Positions 39,048 through 47,768 of a stretch of 51,620 nucleotides of DNA are shown here, one piece after another. Source of the stretch: Bdellovibrionota bacterium (lineage in GTDB: Bacteria; Bdellovibrionota_C; UBA2361; JBIIDM01). Position numbers and translations under genes: made by a program. The number at the start of each line of letters is the position of its first letter. Positions within the stretch are counted from its first letter, which is position 1. The notes under the pieces were generated by a model. That model had not been told where the DNA came from. It saw only the letters and a program-made list of their open reading frames with translations, and ran no database searches. The DNA is taken from NCBI GenBank assembly GCA_044238365.1, contig JBIIDM010000004.1:1-51620 (forward strand), in the 5' to 3' direction.

Positions 39048-40886
39048 ATGAAAAAGCCTATTGATGTCTCGTCCTTGTCCCATGTCATCGTTACCGACTG
39101 CGGTTCAACTACCACCAAGGCGTTGCTTTTTGAAAAGCAGGATGGTGTATGGAGACAAACACAACGAGGGGAGTCGCCGACAACGGTTGAGCGACCTATA
39201 GCCGATGTCACGGTAGGCGTTCATAATTCGTTTTTAGAAATTGAAGAATTATGCGGACGCTCGCTTTTAAAGCCTGATTCGATGGGGAGTAGCAGCGATC
39301 AGTGCCCGTTAATTATTCGGGATTCCGAAAACCAAAAGGACGGAGTGGATCTTTATCTATCCACCAGTTCTGCTGGTGGTGGTCTGCAAATGGTAGTCAC
39401 TGGTGTCGTTGGTTCGGTAAGTGCAGAGAGTGCGGAACGTGCGGCACTGGGTGCCGGTGCTATCGTTATGGATCGCCTTTCCACCGATGTTATTGGAGAG
39501 GATTATGAAGCGATTCAACGCTTGCGGCACTTAAAACCGGATATGATGTTGGTTGCTGGTGGATATGAAGGGGGGGCTCGAGCTCAGATAATTGATATAG
39601 TTGAACTGATAAAGGCAGCTGCTCCTCGACCGCGATTTGGGTCGTTAATGGCGTTACCGCTGATTTATGCTGGCAATAGTGCGTTAGTTGAGGAGATCGC
39701 CCATATCTGGGGGGCTGCAAATGCTATCACTGTTGTAGAGAATGTTCGCCCGAGCGTGTCCGAGGAACGACTAAATGGCGCACGCGATGCCATCCATGAG
39801 CTCTTTCTTACTCATGTGATGAGTCAGTCACCTGGCTATTCAAAATTATTGGAGTGGTCACCTGTTCCGGTAATGCCTACGCCAGCTGCCGTTGGTGATA
39901 TGGTACAGGCGTTCGCCAAAGAATCAGGAAAGCAAGTTTTATGCGTTGATATTGGTGGAGCTACCACTGATGTTTTTTCTACGGTTCGGGATAGAGGGGG
40001 CGAATTTATTTTTAACCGCACGGTTAGCGCAAACCTGGGCATGAGTTATTCAGTAGGAAATGTTTTACTCGAAGCGGGTGTGGAAAATATTCTGCGTTGG
40101 CTACCGTACACCACGAGCAAGGACGAAGTCTGTGATATTCTCCGGAACAAGATGATTCGCCCTACTTCTATTCCTTGTACGCTGGAGGAACTTTGGCTGG
40201 AGCAGGCGGTTTGTAGAGAAGCGCTGCGGTTGTCACTTGTGCAACATCGGGCGTTTGCAGTAAGTATTTCAACGAATATTGGTGCTGGAGGTATCTCGTC
40301 CGTCTTCAAACAGAAGTCTCGTCGTTATCAACTGGTAAACCCGATGGAACTTGATGTGGTGATTGGCTCGGGGGGTGTTTTGAGCCATGCACCATCGCGC
40401 CTCTCCGCTGCCCTAATGATGATAGAGGGTTTTTCGTTAGCAGGAATTACTGAGCTATGTGTTGATTCGATATTTATGATGCCTCATCTGGGAGTCTTCT
40501 CATCGATTCACCGGGACGCTGCTCTTTCAATATTTAATTCCGATTGCATTGTTCCAGTGGCAGTCAGTGTCGTGCCTAGTTACCTAGAGCGGGTAAAGGA
40601 ACGTGACCTTGCTGAGGTTTACGTTGAAGGAAGTTTAATTGGGACAGTTTCACGAGGATCCGTGCAACATATAGAAGTACGTCTTAATGAGATGGTGGAG
40701 ATCGAAGTAAGGCCAAAGGCCGCAGTGGATGTCGGGGGAGGAGTGGGGATGAGCGTTAGGCGAACGGTAAATGCCGGAATGGCGGGTTTCGTTCTTGATG
40801 GGCGAGGTGCTCCACTATTTGGACAATATAGTAACGTCAAGAATAACAGAGAAGTGTATAGCTCCCTTGGTCTTGATAAGGTATAA
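39048..40886 (+). CDS. GlmL/MutL (glutamate mutase L)-family ASKHA ATPase
   Basis: Phosphate-1 TDCGSTTTK, TSSAGGGL, phosphate-2 VDIGGATTDVFS, RTVSANLGMSYS, GSGGVLSHAP. Confidence 0.88.
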   Translation: MKKPIDVSSLSHVIVTDCGSTTTKALLFEKQDGVWRQTQRGESPTTVERPIADVTVGVHNSFLEIEELCGRSLLKPDSMGSSSDQCPLIIRDSENQKDGVDLYLSTSSAGGGLQMVVTGVVGSVSAESAERAALGAGAIVMDRLSTDVIGEDYEAIQRLRHLKPDMMLVAGGYEGGARAQIIDIVELIKAAAPRPRFGSLMALPLIYAGNSALVEEIAHIWGAANAITVVENVRPSVSEERLNGARDAIHELFLTHVMSQSPGYSKLLEWSPVPVMPTPAAVGDMVQAFAKESGKQVLCVDIGGATTDVFSTVRDRGGEFIFNRTVSANLGMSYSVGNVLLEAGVENILRWLPYTTSKDEVCDILRNKMIRPTSIPCTLEELWLEQAVCREALRLSLVQHRAFAVSISTNIGAGGISSVFKQKSRRYQLVNPMELDVVIGSGGVLSHAPSRLSAALMMIEGFSLAGITELCVDSIFMMPHLGVFSSIHRDAALSIFNSDCIVPVAVSVVPSYLERVKERDLAEVYVEGSLIGTVSRGSVQHIEVRLNEMVEIEVRPKAAVDVGGGVGMSVRRTVNAGMAGFVLDGRGAPLFGQYSNVKNNREVYSSLGLDKV

Positions 40887-40889
40887 AGT

Positions 40890-42011
40890 ATGTCGATAGC
40901 GCACGCCCTTACTCCATCTCTACAGTTGCTCGATAAAACTGCGATTCAAAGGATACGCGAGCTTCCGATTTCCGGGGAGTTGCTTGTAGCGATTGGAGAT
41001 GTCGTAACATCGGAGCAGATTGTTGCGAGGGCAATGTTACCCGGAGAACTTCTTGTAATGAGACTTCCCGAAAGTACGGGGCTCGATCCTGATGAGATAG
41101 GGGGGGGGCTTAGGGTCAAAGAAGGAGACGTAATTTCTGAAGGCCAGGTAGTTTGTGAGGTTACGGGGCTGTTTGGTTTTTTTCGGACAGTAGCCAAATC
41201 ACCTGTATCCGGAGTAGTAGAACACTTCTCCCCTACAACCGGTCATGTTTCGGTGCGTTTGTCCCCGCGTGAGTTAACGTTATCGGCCTATGTTAGCGGG
41301 AAGGTCGTGGATTCCCATGGTAGTCAGAGTGTGACTATTGAATGCTACTGTGATTTTGTCCAAGGTGTCTTTGGTATTGGAGGTCCTTGTCATGGGATGC
41401 TTGCAGTTCTTAAAGAAACCTTTAACGATGAACTTACCGAGGATAAGATACCTGATGATTGTCGCAGGAAGGTAGTGGTTGGGGGGAGTAATGTCTCTGT
41501 GAAGGCACTCAAGGCACTTGCGGCACGAGGAGCAGTTGGGTTAGTCACCGGCTCAATCGACAACCATACGCTAAGAGATTTTCTTCACTTCGATTTAGGG
41601 ATTGCGTTAACTGGCGACGAGGATATTCCGTTTACAGTTATCATAACTGAGGGTTTTGGATGTCTCGGTATGTCAAATCGTGCTCGCGATATCTTCGTTC
41701 AGAATGACGGAAGATTTATTTCTATGGACGGAACCACTCAGGTGCGAGCTGGAGCTGTACGACCTGAGGTCGTTATGCCCTTAGATGGGTCGCGAGTCGT
41801 TGGGTCTGAGCAATCGAAGTCTGGTGAAGGGCTGACGATTGGTAGTATGGTTCGCATTATTCGGGCTCCGTTTTTTGGTAGAATAGGTACAGTAACGGAT
41901 TTGCCAGTGTTGCCAATGAAGCTACCTACAGGTGCTTTTTCACGCGTGGCCAGTGTCAGGATCGGAAACGACGTGGTTGTTGTGCCTAGGGCGAATCTGG
42001 AAGTTACGTGA
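40890..42011 (+). CDS. Conserved hypothetical protein with barrel-sandwich-hybrid repeats and C-terminal KOW-like motif
   Basis: V.IGD.V and VKEGD.I..GQ...SPVSG.V repeats; QG.FGIGG, TEGFG, GTTQVRAG..RPE; GSMVRIIRAPFFGRIGTV; VPRANLE end. Confidence 0.8.
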   Translation: MSIAHALTPSLQLLDKTAIQRIRELPISGELLVAIGDVVTSEQIVARAMLPGELLVMRLPESTGLDPDEIGGGLRVKEGDVISEGQVVCEVTGLFGFFRTVAKSPVSGVVEHFSPTTGHVSVRLSPRELTLSAYVSGKVVDSHGSQSVTIECYCDFVQGVFGIGGPCHGMLAVLKETFNDELTEDKIPDDCRRKVVVGGSNVSVKALKALAARGAVGLVTGSIDNHTLRDFLHFDLGIALTGDEDIPFTVIITEGFGCLGMSNRARDIFVQNDGRFISMDGTTQVRAGAVRPEVVMPLDGSRVVGSEQSKSGEGLTIGSMVRIIRAPFFGRIGTVTDLPVLPMKLPTGAFSRVASVRIGNDVVVVPRANLEVT

Positions 42012-42229
42012 GGGTGGTTCGTGGCGGCTTTATTGGCCGACGAGTTTCACTTCGCGCAGCACAGGGCAAGGTTGCGCACGATAGTGCCCTTAATTTTAGC
42101 TTTTTCACTTATTGAATAATTCTGTTACTCGATATTCATTAAATAGGAATATCGAATCAAATAAGCAGATTTTACTTCAATCTCACCCTACTTTTGTATA
42201 ACCCGCCTACAATTTAAGTTCAACCTCCC

Positions 42230-42388
42230 CTAATGATACTCGCCCGATTCCCCCGCAGAACTTACCTCAGCGATATCTGCGATATCAAGAAATGCACTTA
42301 GGCTTTGAAGCTCTTCAACTAGACTGTTTAGGTCCGTCATTACCAACTCAATAATCTCGACACCTGAAAGTTCACCGTATTGTCGCAT
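42230..42388 (-). CDS. Possible 52-aa acidic peptide (below ORF-track cutoff)
   Basis: Manual translation MRQYGELSGVEIIELVMTDLNSLVEELQSLSAFLDIADIAEVSSAGESGEYH*; no clear RBS. Confidence 0.35.
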   Translation of the reverse strand: MRQYGELSGVEIIELVMTDLNSLVEELQSLSAFLDIADIAEVSSAGESGEYH

Positions 42389-42692
42389 AAAGAATTCTCT
42401 TGCAAGACAAAATTTTGTTTCACGTTCAAGGAATTACAACCACATACCTAAAGGGTATCGGCCTGTTTTCTATTTTCTTTATAGTTTAGAGAGACTTTTT
42501 TTACATCTCATAGACTTTTTATATGAAAAATGTGTGCCAAAGTGATTGATTTGGCAAATATACTGTAATTACATAGGGTTAGAGGGGTAAGGAATCCGCT
42601 CCTTGCGGATTGGGGGGTAAAAAATGCAAAGGATCTTTGACGAGTATTTAATTGGCGGGTATTCTGCCGGGCAATGAAGAAGAGGTTTTAGG

Positions 42693-44258
42693 ATGTATTC
42701 TATTTATCAGTTTGATAAGAAAAGCAGAGAGCTCATAAAGATACCAGCCACTCCGGAAAACATTAAAGAAGTAATTTTGCCCCCTCCAGGGGTAGTAGGG
42801 TTCAGCAATCTTTTTGAACATCCGCCCACTAAAGGGTATTCAGTAATACCCACGCAACCGACCTCAAACGTTACTCTCCACCGTTTACTGAGTGAATTAC
42901 TCGGGTTAAGAATGGCATTTCCTTTACAGGGAAATATCATTTACGCTGAAAAAGATACGAGTGAAGTCGAGGCTTTCCTCAACTACCTTTGTCAGACTGG
43001 GATTATACAAAATAGAGCCTCAAGTCTAAGTTTGAAAGTTAAGGATCCTCTTGATATTGAGGCCATTGCAGCTACAGTGAAAGCTGCTAATTTAAGGATT
43101 CATCCTTATCAGCACCGCAGACCGTTGATAGAACTGTTTGATAGGTTTGGAGTTCTTTCTACGGTACCGGGGGGGTTCGACCTTTACGAAAGACTAGGTA
43201 ATAAGGCGACATTTCACACCTATCTTATGGATCATGGTGAGGAAAGCTTATGCGCTCCGATGCGCATGATAATTCATCAGGGAACCCAAACCGAGAGTTG
43301 GGTGGAAGAAATACGCAATATCATGGAGTATTCGGAAGGCTATCCTGAGGCGCTTGTATCGAGATTGTATATTGAAAAAGGAGAGCAAATCCTCTTGGAG
43401 GAGACCTCCAAGACTCCGTGGATCCAAACCATGGTCTTGCAGGATGCTCGCGGAGCAGGCGGGATGGGCACTATGGTTGTGTCCAGAAATACATGCAAAA
43501 CTAAATGGTTAGTTGTGCCTTCTGACGGAGGAGTCCAGGTAACTCTTCATTCATTTGAAGATCTGATTTCTCGGATAAGCAACCTCGTAGAAGAGTCGAC
43601 GATAACAGCGACTCCTTATCTAATCACAGAAGTCATCAACGATCAGGAGCAATCCTTTTCGTTCTGTCTTACGTGGCAAGATGATCATGTTGTTATTGCA
43701 GGGCCACATTGGCAGCGGCTAATCGATAAATCATTTGATGGTTTTTATTATAATGGACCGTCAAGTGAGGTTTCACATGTTGTTATAGCGAAGAATTTCA
43801 CGCTTCGCTTCGGCTTACATCTCTTGAAAAGAGGATTTTCGGCTAGTTTTCCAGTTCGCGCTGGAATCGACTTTTTTTACGCCATTCTTCCGAATGGAGA
43901 ACGTCGATTAATAGCCCAAGATCCAAACATGAGAGACACCGCCACGGTTGGACTTCCTATGGCGGCGTTAATGAGATATGGCTCGGAATTATTGAATGGC
44001 GATCTGGTCCTCAGCCAATCGGATCACGTAGCTATTCCTCAGCATGAAAAGTATCTGCAACTACAAGGTGTTCTTGATAGGTTGAGGTATTGCGGAGTGC
44101 CTTTGTTTGGCGTTGGCGAAACTGCAACTGGTATAATCTTACAATCTATACCAAAGTCACATGGAAAGCTTATCAGGCTCCTTGTCGGGTATTTTGCAAA
44201 AAACCAGGCTGACAGGAGTCAACTCGAGAGAGACTTTGCCAGAGCTTTTGCCGAATAA
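42693..44258 (+). CDS. Divergent ATP-grasp fold protein
   Basis: LGNKATFH, GAGGMGT loop, TPYL, AGIDFF and DPNMR (E.N.R equivalent) in ATP-grasp order; RBS-like GAGG/AGG upstream. Confidence 0.65.
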   Translation: MYSIYQFDKKSRELIKIPATPENIKEVILPPPGVVGFSNLFEHPPTKGYSVIPTQPTSNVTLHRLLSELLGLRMAFPLQGNIIYAEKDTSEVEAFLNYLCQTGIIQNRASSLSLKVKDPLDIEAIAATVKAANLRIHPYQHRRPLIELFDRFGVLSTVPGGFDLYERLGNKATFHTYLMDHGEESLCAPMRMIIHQGTQTESWVEEIRNIMEYSEGYPEALVSRLYIEKGEQILLEETSKTPWIQTMVLQDARGAGGMGTMVVSRNTCKTKWLVVPSDGGVQVTLHSFEDLISRISNLVEESTITATPYLITEVINDQEQSFSFCLTWQDDHVVIAGPHWQRLIDKSFDGFYYNGPSSEVSHVVIAKNFTLRFGLHLLKRGFSASFPVRAGIDFFYAILPNGERRLIAQDPNMRDTATVGLPMAALMRYGSELLNGDLVLSQSDHVAIPQHEKYLQLQGVLDRLRYCGVPLFGVGETATGIILQSIPKSHGKLIRLLVGYFAKNQADRSQLERDFARAFAE

Positions 44259-44277
44259 AAACATAAGGTTTTTTATT

Positions 44278-44318
44278 AACCTTATCCCAAGATTTTTGTC
44301 TTGAGATAAGGTTTTTTT
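44278..44318 (+). terminator. Rho-independent terminator
   Basis: AACCTTATCCCAAGA-loop-TCTTGAGATAAGGTT followed by a T run, 20 nt after the stop. Confidence 0.75.
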
Positions 44319-44540
44319 GCTTTTTAGCCGCTATCGTAATATCACCAAAGCATTTAATGTTACTCAGGGTAACATTACACTATCTAGTGACTTGGGTACG
44401 CTGATTGAATCATTACGGCCTTGTAAGCGGATATGCCAAGATTTATTATCAATCATGTTGGACATTACAATTTCGCCAATAACGGCACGTAGTGCTAAGA
44501 AAGTTGAGTTAGCTGGTACATCTTGCCAGCTTTCTTTTGC

Positions 44541-44574
44541 CCATTATGCGAGAGGTACCATTATGCGAGAGGTA
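44541..44574. repeat. 17-bp perfect tandem duplication
   Basis: CCATTATGCGAGAGGTA x2, intergenic upstream of mtnB. Confidence 0.9.
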
Positions 44575-44748
44575 ATAGCGCCTACATCCCTTTTCGGGAT
44601 GTGGTTGAGTAATCAAGGAGTTGACGTTACTGAATTTTATAGTATACGTTAACTCTTCTCAATAGTTTGAGACCGATCCCAAAATGCCACAAAGCTTTTC
44701 CTCTCTGCTAACTTTTATTTTATTTAATACAACCATCTTAATCGTCCC

Positions 44749-45354
44749 ATGAGTTTACCATCATTATGTGATTATTTGAGAGTTCTCGATTCTCGAGGGT
44801 ACACTCGTGCTACGAGCGGCAACTATTCATGGAGGCAGTCTCCCGGTACATTTTCAATTACTCGTTCGGGGGTACAGAAAGGGGAGGCAACGACTGAGGA
44901 CTTTATACTCATGAATCTTGACGGTCAGGTGTTAGCGAGCAACGTCGAAGGTAAGGCTTCAGATGAAACAGGGCTTCATATAGAGATATATCTTAAAGAC
45001 TCGTTAGCCAAATGTATTCTTCATGTTCATTCTGTGAGCGGTACTGCGTTAAGCATGACGACTCCTAGCTCTTCATGTTTTTCATTTTGTGGCTATGAGA
45101 TGCAGAAGGCTATTTATGGATGCTCTTCTCATGCCCAGCGAGTTGAAATACCTATTTTCGAGAACTCTCAGGATATACCGTTAATAGTCCAAGCACTTCG
45201 GGAGCGGTGGGATGAGGCAAGTAGTGTAAAGGCCTTTTATTTACGAGGTCATGGACTTTACACCTGGGGGGATGGTCTTGAATCCGCGCGCCGTTCGCTT
45301 GAGGGCTTGGAGTTCCTATTCGACGTCTCTGCTAGGGTTCTCGAGGTTGGCTGA
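44749..45354 (+). CDS. mtnB: Methylthioribulose-1-phosphate dehydratase
   Basis: Class II aldolase fold: ATSGNYS, ITRSGVQKG, SDETGLH, LHVHS, GYEMQKA, LRGHGLYTWG, LEFLF. Confidence 0.92.
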   Translation: MSLPSLCDYLRVLDSRGYTRATSGNYSWRQSPGTFSITRSGVQKGEATTEDFILMNLDGQVLASNVEGKASDETGLHIEIYLKDSLAKCILHVHSVSGTALSMTTPSSSCFSFCGYEMQKAIYGCSSHAQRVEIPIFENSQDIPLIVQALRERWDEASSVKAFYLRGHGLYTWGDGLESARRSLEGLEFLFDVSARVLEVG

Positions 45355-45448
45355 TCTCTTCGTCAAGAGGCAATTTCCCTCACTGCGACGTGGAGTACCA
45401 CGTTTCATTCGAGAAATTACCTCTTTCCTCGACCTCAGCCAACCCTAG
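45332..45448. repeat. Family E palindromic (REP/MITE-like) element bounded by CTAG
   Basis: CTAGGGTT...AACCCTAG; stems GGTTGGCTGA/TCAGCCAACC, GAGGCAATTTC/GAAATTACCTC, ACGTGG-AGTA-CCACGT; partial repeat CGTCAAGAGGCAATTTC at 45508-45524. Confidence 0.85.
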
Positions 45449-45526
45449 CGGGTTTGCGGGTAGGGTTGGTAGGAAGTCATATCACTGCGATGCTTGAATC
45501 AGGGGCTCGTCAAGAGGCAATTTCGC

Positions 45527-46705
45527 TTAGAGCGACGCGTACTCCGCCAGGATGTTCTTGGAGATAATTAACCGTTGGATTTCACTTGTTCCCTCATAGA
45601 TTGTGGTAATGCGGGCATCTCTGGCATACCTTTCTACCGGGAAATCCTTCATGTATCCGTATCCTCCAAGGATTTGAAGTGCGGTATAGCAGGCGTCATT
45701 CGCTTTTTCCGAGGCAAATAGCTTCGCCATTGAGGCTTCCTTGGCGTATGGTCTTCCGGATGCTTTCAATGTTGCAGCCCGGAGAATGAGTAGTTCAGCA
45801 GCGTCAAGCTCTGTGTGTCGATCTGCTATCATCCACTGGATTCCCTGAAACTGGGCAATGGGTTGCTGAAACTGGATTCTTTGCATTGCATATCGGGTGG
45901 CGTACTCCATGGCGGCCTTTCCGATACCGAGGGCCAAAGAGGCGATGCCGATTCTTCCCCCGGTAAGTTCGCGTACGGCGATGCGGTACCCATCGTTGAC
46001 GGCGCCGAGAATATTTTCATTGGGGACAAAGACGTCTTCGAAGTGAACGTCGCAGGTCGGTGAGCCGTGTTGACCCATCTTGTGCTGAGGAGGTCCGACA
46101 GTTATGCCGTCTCTATTGGCTTCAACGATAAAGCAAGTTATACCCTTTCCGCGCCCCAGGGTTACGTCACTTACTGCCCAGACAACAAATAATCCCGCAA
46201 ATGTGGCGCTGGTTATCCACTGTTTGGTGCCGGTGAGGCGCCAGCCATCATCACATTTTATGCCCTTGGTGAGCATTGATGCCGGATCCGAACCTGCCTG
46301 AGACTCTGTAAGACAAAAACTACCGGCACTGTATTCTCCTGAACAGATCAGTGGTAAATACTTCTGTTTTTGGTCTTCATTTCCAACTGATTGAAGTACC
46401 TCGGCTACCATGTTGGTAACGGACATAGTGAGAGCTGTTGCTGCGCAGACCCTTGCAATTTCAACAATTGCAAGGGCGTAGGCAATGACGCCTACTTCTG
46501 CACCACCGTACTGCTGCTGGATATTCATTCCCATAAAGCCTAGGCTCGCCAGCTCTTTGGCCGAACTCTCCATCGACGGCGTTCGTTTACCAGAATTTTG
46601 CGCGTCGGACCCCTCCGCGCCGAAACTAAGCCTAGCCGCCGCAAATTTTTTTGCGGCGTCCTTTATGAATAGCTCTTCCTCAGTAAGGTCAAAGTCCATG
46701 CGCAC
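45527..46705 (-). CDS. Acyl-CoA dehydrogenase (short/branched-chain type)
   Basis: FCLTESQAGSD, GTKQWIT, GRIGIA, R.QF.QPIAQFQ, QILGGYGY, IYEGTSEIQ. Confidence 0.96.
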   Translation of the reverse strand: MRMDFDLTEEELFIKDAAKKFAAARLSFGAEGSDAQNSGKRTPSMESSAKELASLGFMGMNIQQQYGGAEVGVIAYALAIVEIARVCAATALTMSVTNMVAEVLQSVGNEDQKQKYLPLICSGEYSAGSFCLTESQAGSDPASMLTKGIKCDDGWRLTGTKQWITSATFAGLFVVWAVSDVTLGRGKGITCFIVEANRDGITVGPPQHKMGQHGSPTCDVHFEDVFVPNENILGAVNDGYRIAVRELTGGRIGIASLALGIGKAAMEYATRYAMQRIQFQQPIAQFQGIQWMIADRHTELDAAELLILRAATLKASGRPYAKEASMAKLFASEKANDACYTALQILGGYGYMKDFPVERYARDARITTIYEGTSEIQRLIISKNILAEYASL

Positions 46706-46727
46706 TCCAGATCAAATGCTCTGGACA

Positions 46728-47042
46728 TTAGCTTGCTCGCCGTCTAGTTGCAATACGGTGAGGCGGAAACATAATATTTTGTTTCGTTTTCAAGGGGTCG
46801 ATTCCAAAATGCTGGCAAATAGAACGGAAGGCAAAAATATATTCATCATCCTCATCATCGAGATATTCCAGAGCTCCTTCCCGGAACTCCCCTCCAGCAT
46901 TATAGTCGTCAACCACTCGCAATATAATTGCACGCATAAGCTCACTTAACGGCGAATAAGTGGCTTGGCTTGACGTGCTAGCGAGCATTTGTGGCAAGGA
47001 GCTTGCATCATTACTTCCGTTGCCTCCTGTTCTTGTACTCAT
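46728..47042 (-). CDS. Small conserved-looking hypothetical protein (104 aa)
   Basis: GAGGGAG RBS before ATG 47042; LMRAII...DD...A.EYL.....YIFAF.SIC..FGIDP motif. Confidence 0.75.
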   Translation of the reverse strand: MSTRTGGNGSNDASSLPQMLASTSSQATYSPLSELMRAIILRVVDDYNAGGEFREGALEYLDDEDDEYIFAFRSICQHFGIDPLKTKQNIMFPPHRIATRRRAS

Positions 47043-47098
47043 GTTCCTGTCTCCCTCATCTCTGAAAATGAAATTTGAATAAGATGTAATGTTTCTGA

Positions 47099-47180
47099 AT
47101 CTGACTTCCACGTAAGAGCCGCGATAATTCGAACAAGCATTTGCCCGCACATACCGTCAGCACTTATTTAGAACTCAGGT
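47099..47180 (+). mobile_element. Degenerate, internally shortened family A copy
   Basis: ATCTGACTTCCACGTAAGAGCCGCGATAA left end; CTTATTTAGAACTCAGGT right end. Confidence 0.7.
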
Positions 47181-47768
47181 TTCTAGTAATCGCTTGTCAC
47201 GCACCCCTGCACTACGATGTAATGGAGTTTCTGGAACACGGATTACTATTTTCGATCAACGGCGCTCCCAAGAGTCGGGTGAGAGCAGACGAACCCTCTT
47301 AAAAAGACGTGATATCAGTAAAGAGAAATAGTAAAGACTCAAAAGGCGCCATTTTATTCAAATGCTGGGCCCCGAAAACGCTACATACAGAGACTTTGAA
47401 CGACCTTTGGAGCCGGTGTGAAGAAGTCTGCGCAACCCTATGTAACCACCAAGTTGAAAATTACAATGAACCACTACGAAGAGAAAATGTTAGGCCCCTC
47501 ATTCTATGGTCAAATACTTTGCATCTTCAAGGGAAAAATGTAGCAGGGCGAAAAAAGATTCATTTGCCAGCAAAATTTTCAGTAGTGCATCTGTTATGAC
47601 GTAGAGTGGGTTAGATGATACGTAATGAACTAGTAAATGGTAGAAAGTAATTTTACATTTTCCGTGGAAACTTTCCTTATAGTATTTTGGTAGTATCACG
47701 GGTGCGGTACAATGTTCGATGGAAGTGCCATTTGCGGCACCGTGTCTGGATGTTTCAGCTAAGCAGAG

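Noticed and set aside
39048-40886. Calling this gene glutamate mutase or mismatch-repair mutL
   Set aside because: It has ASKHA motifs only; no mutase catalytic or B12-binding domain and no GHKL ATPase motifs were seen.
44317-44652. 111-aa ORF between the ATP-grasp gene and mtnB
   Set aside because: TTG start inside the terminator T run, spans a tandem duplication, no RBS or motif.
47043-47150. N-terminal extension of the 140-aa ORF
   Set aside because: It runs into a decayed family A end; a good RBS supports the ATG at 47042.
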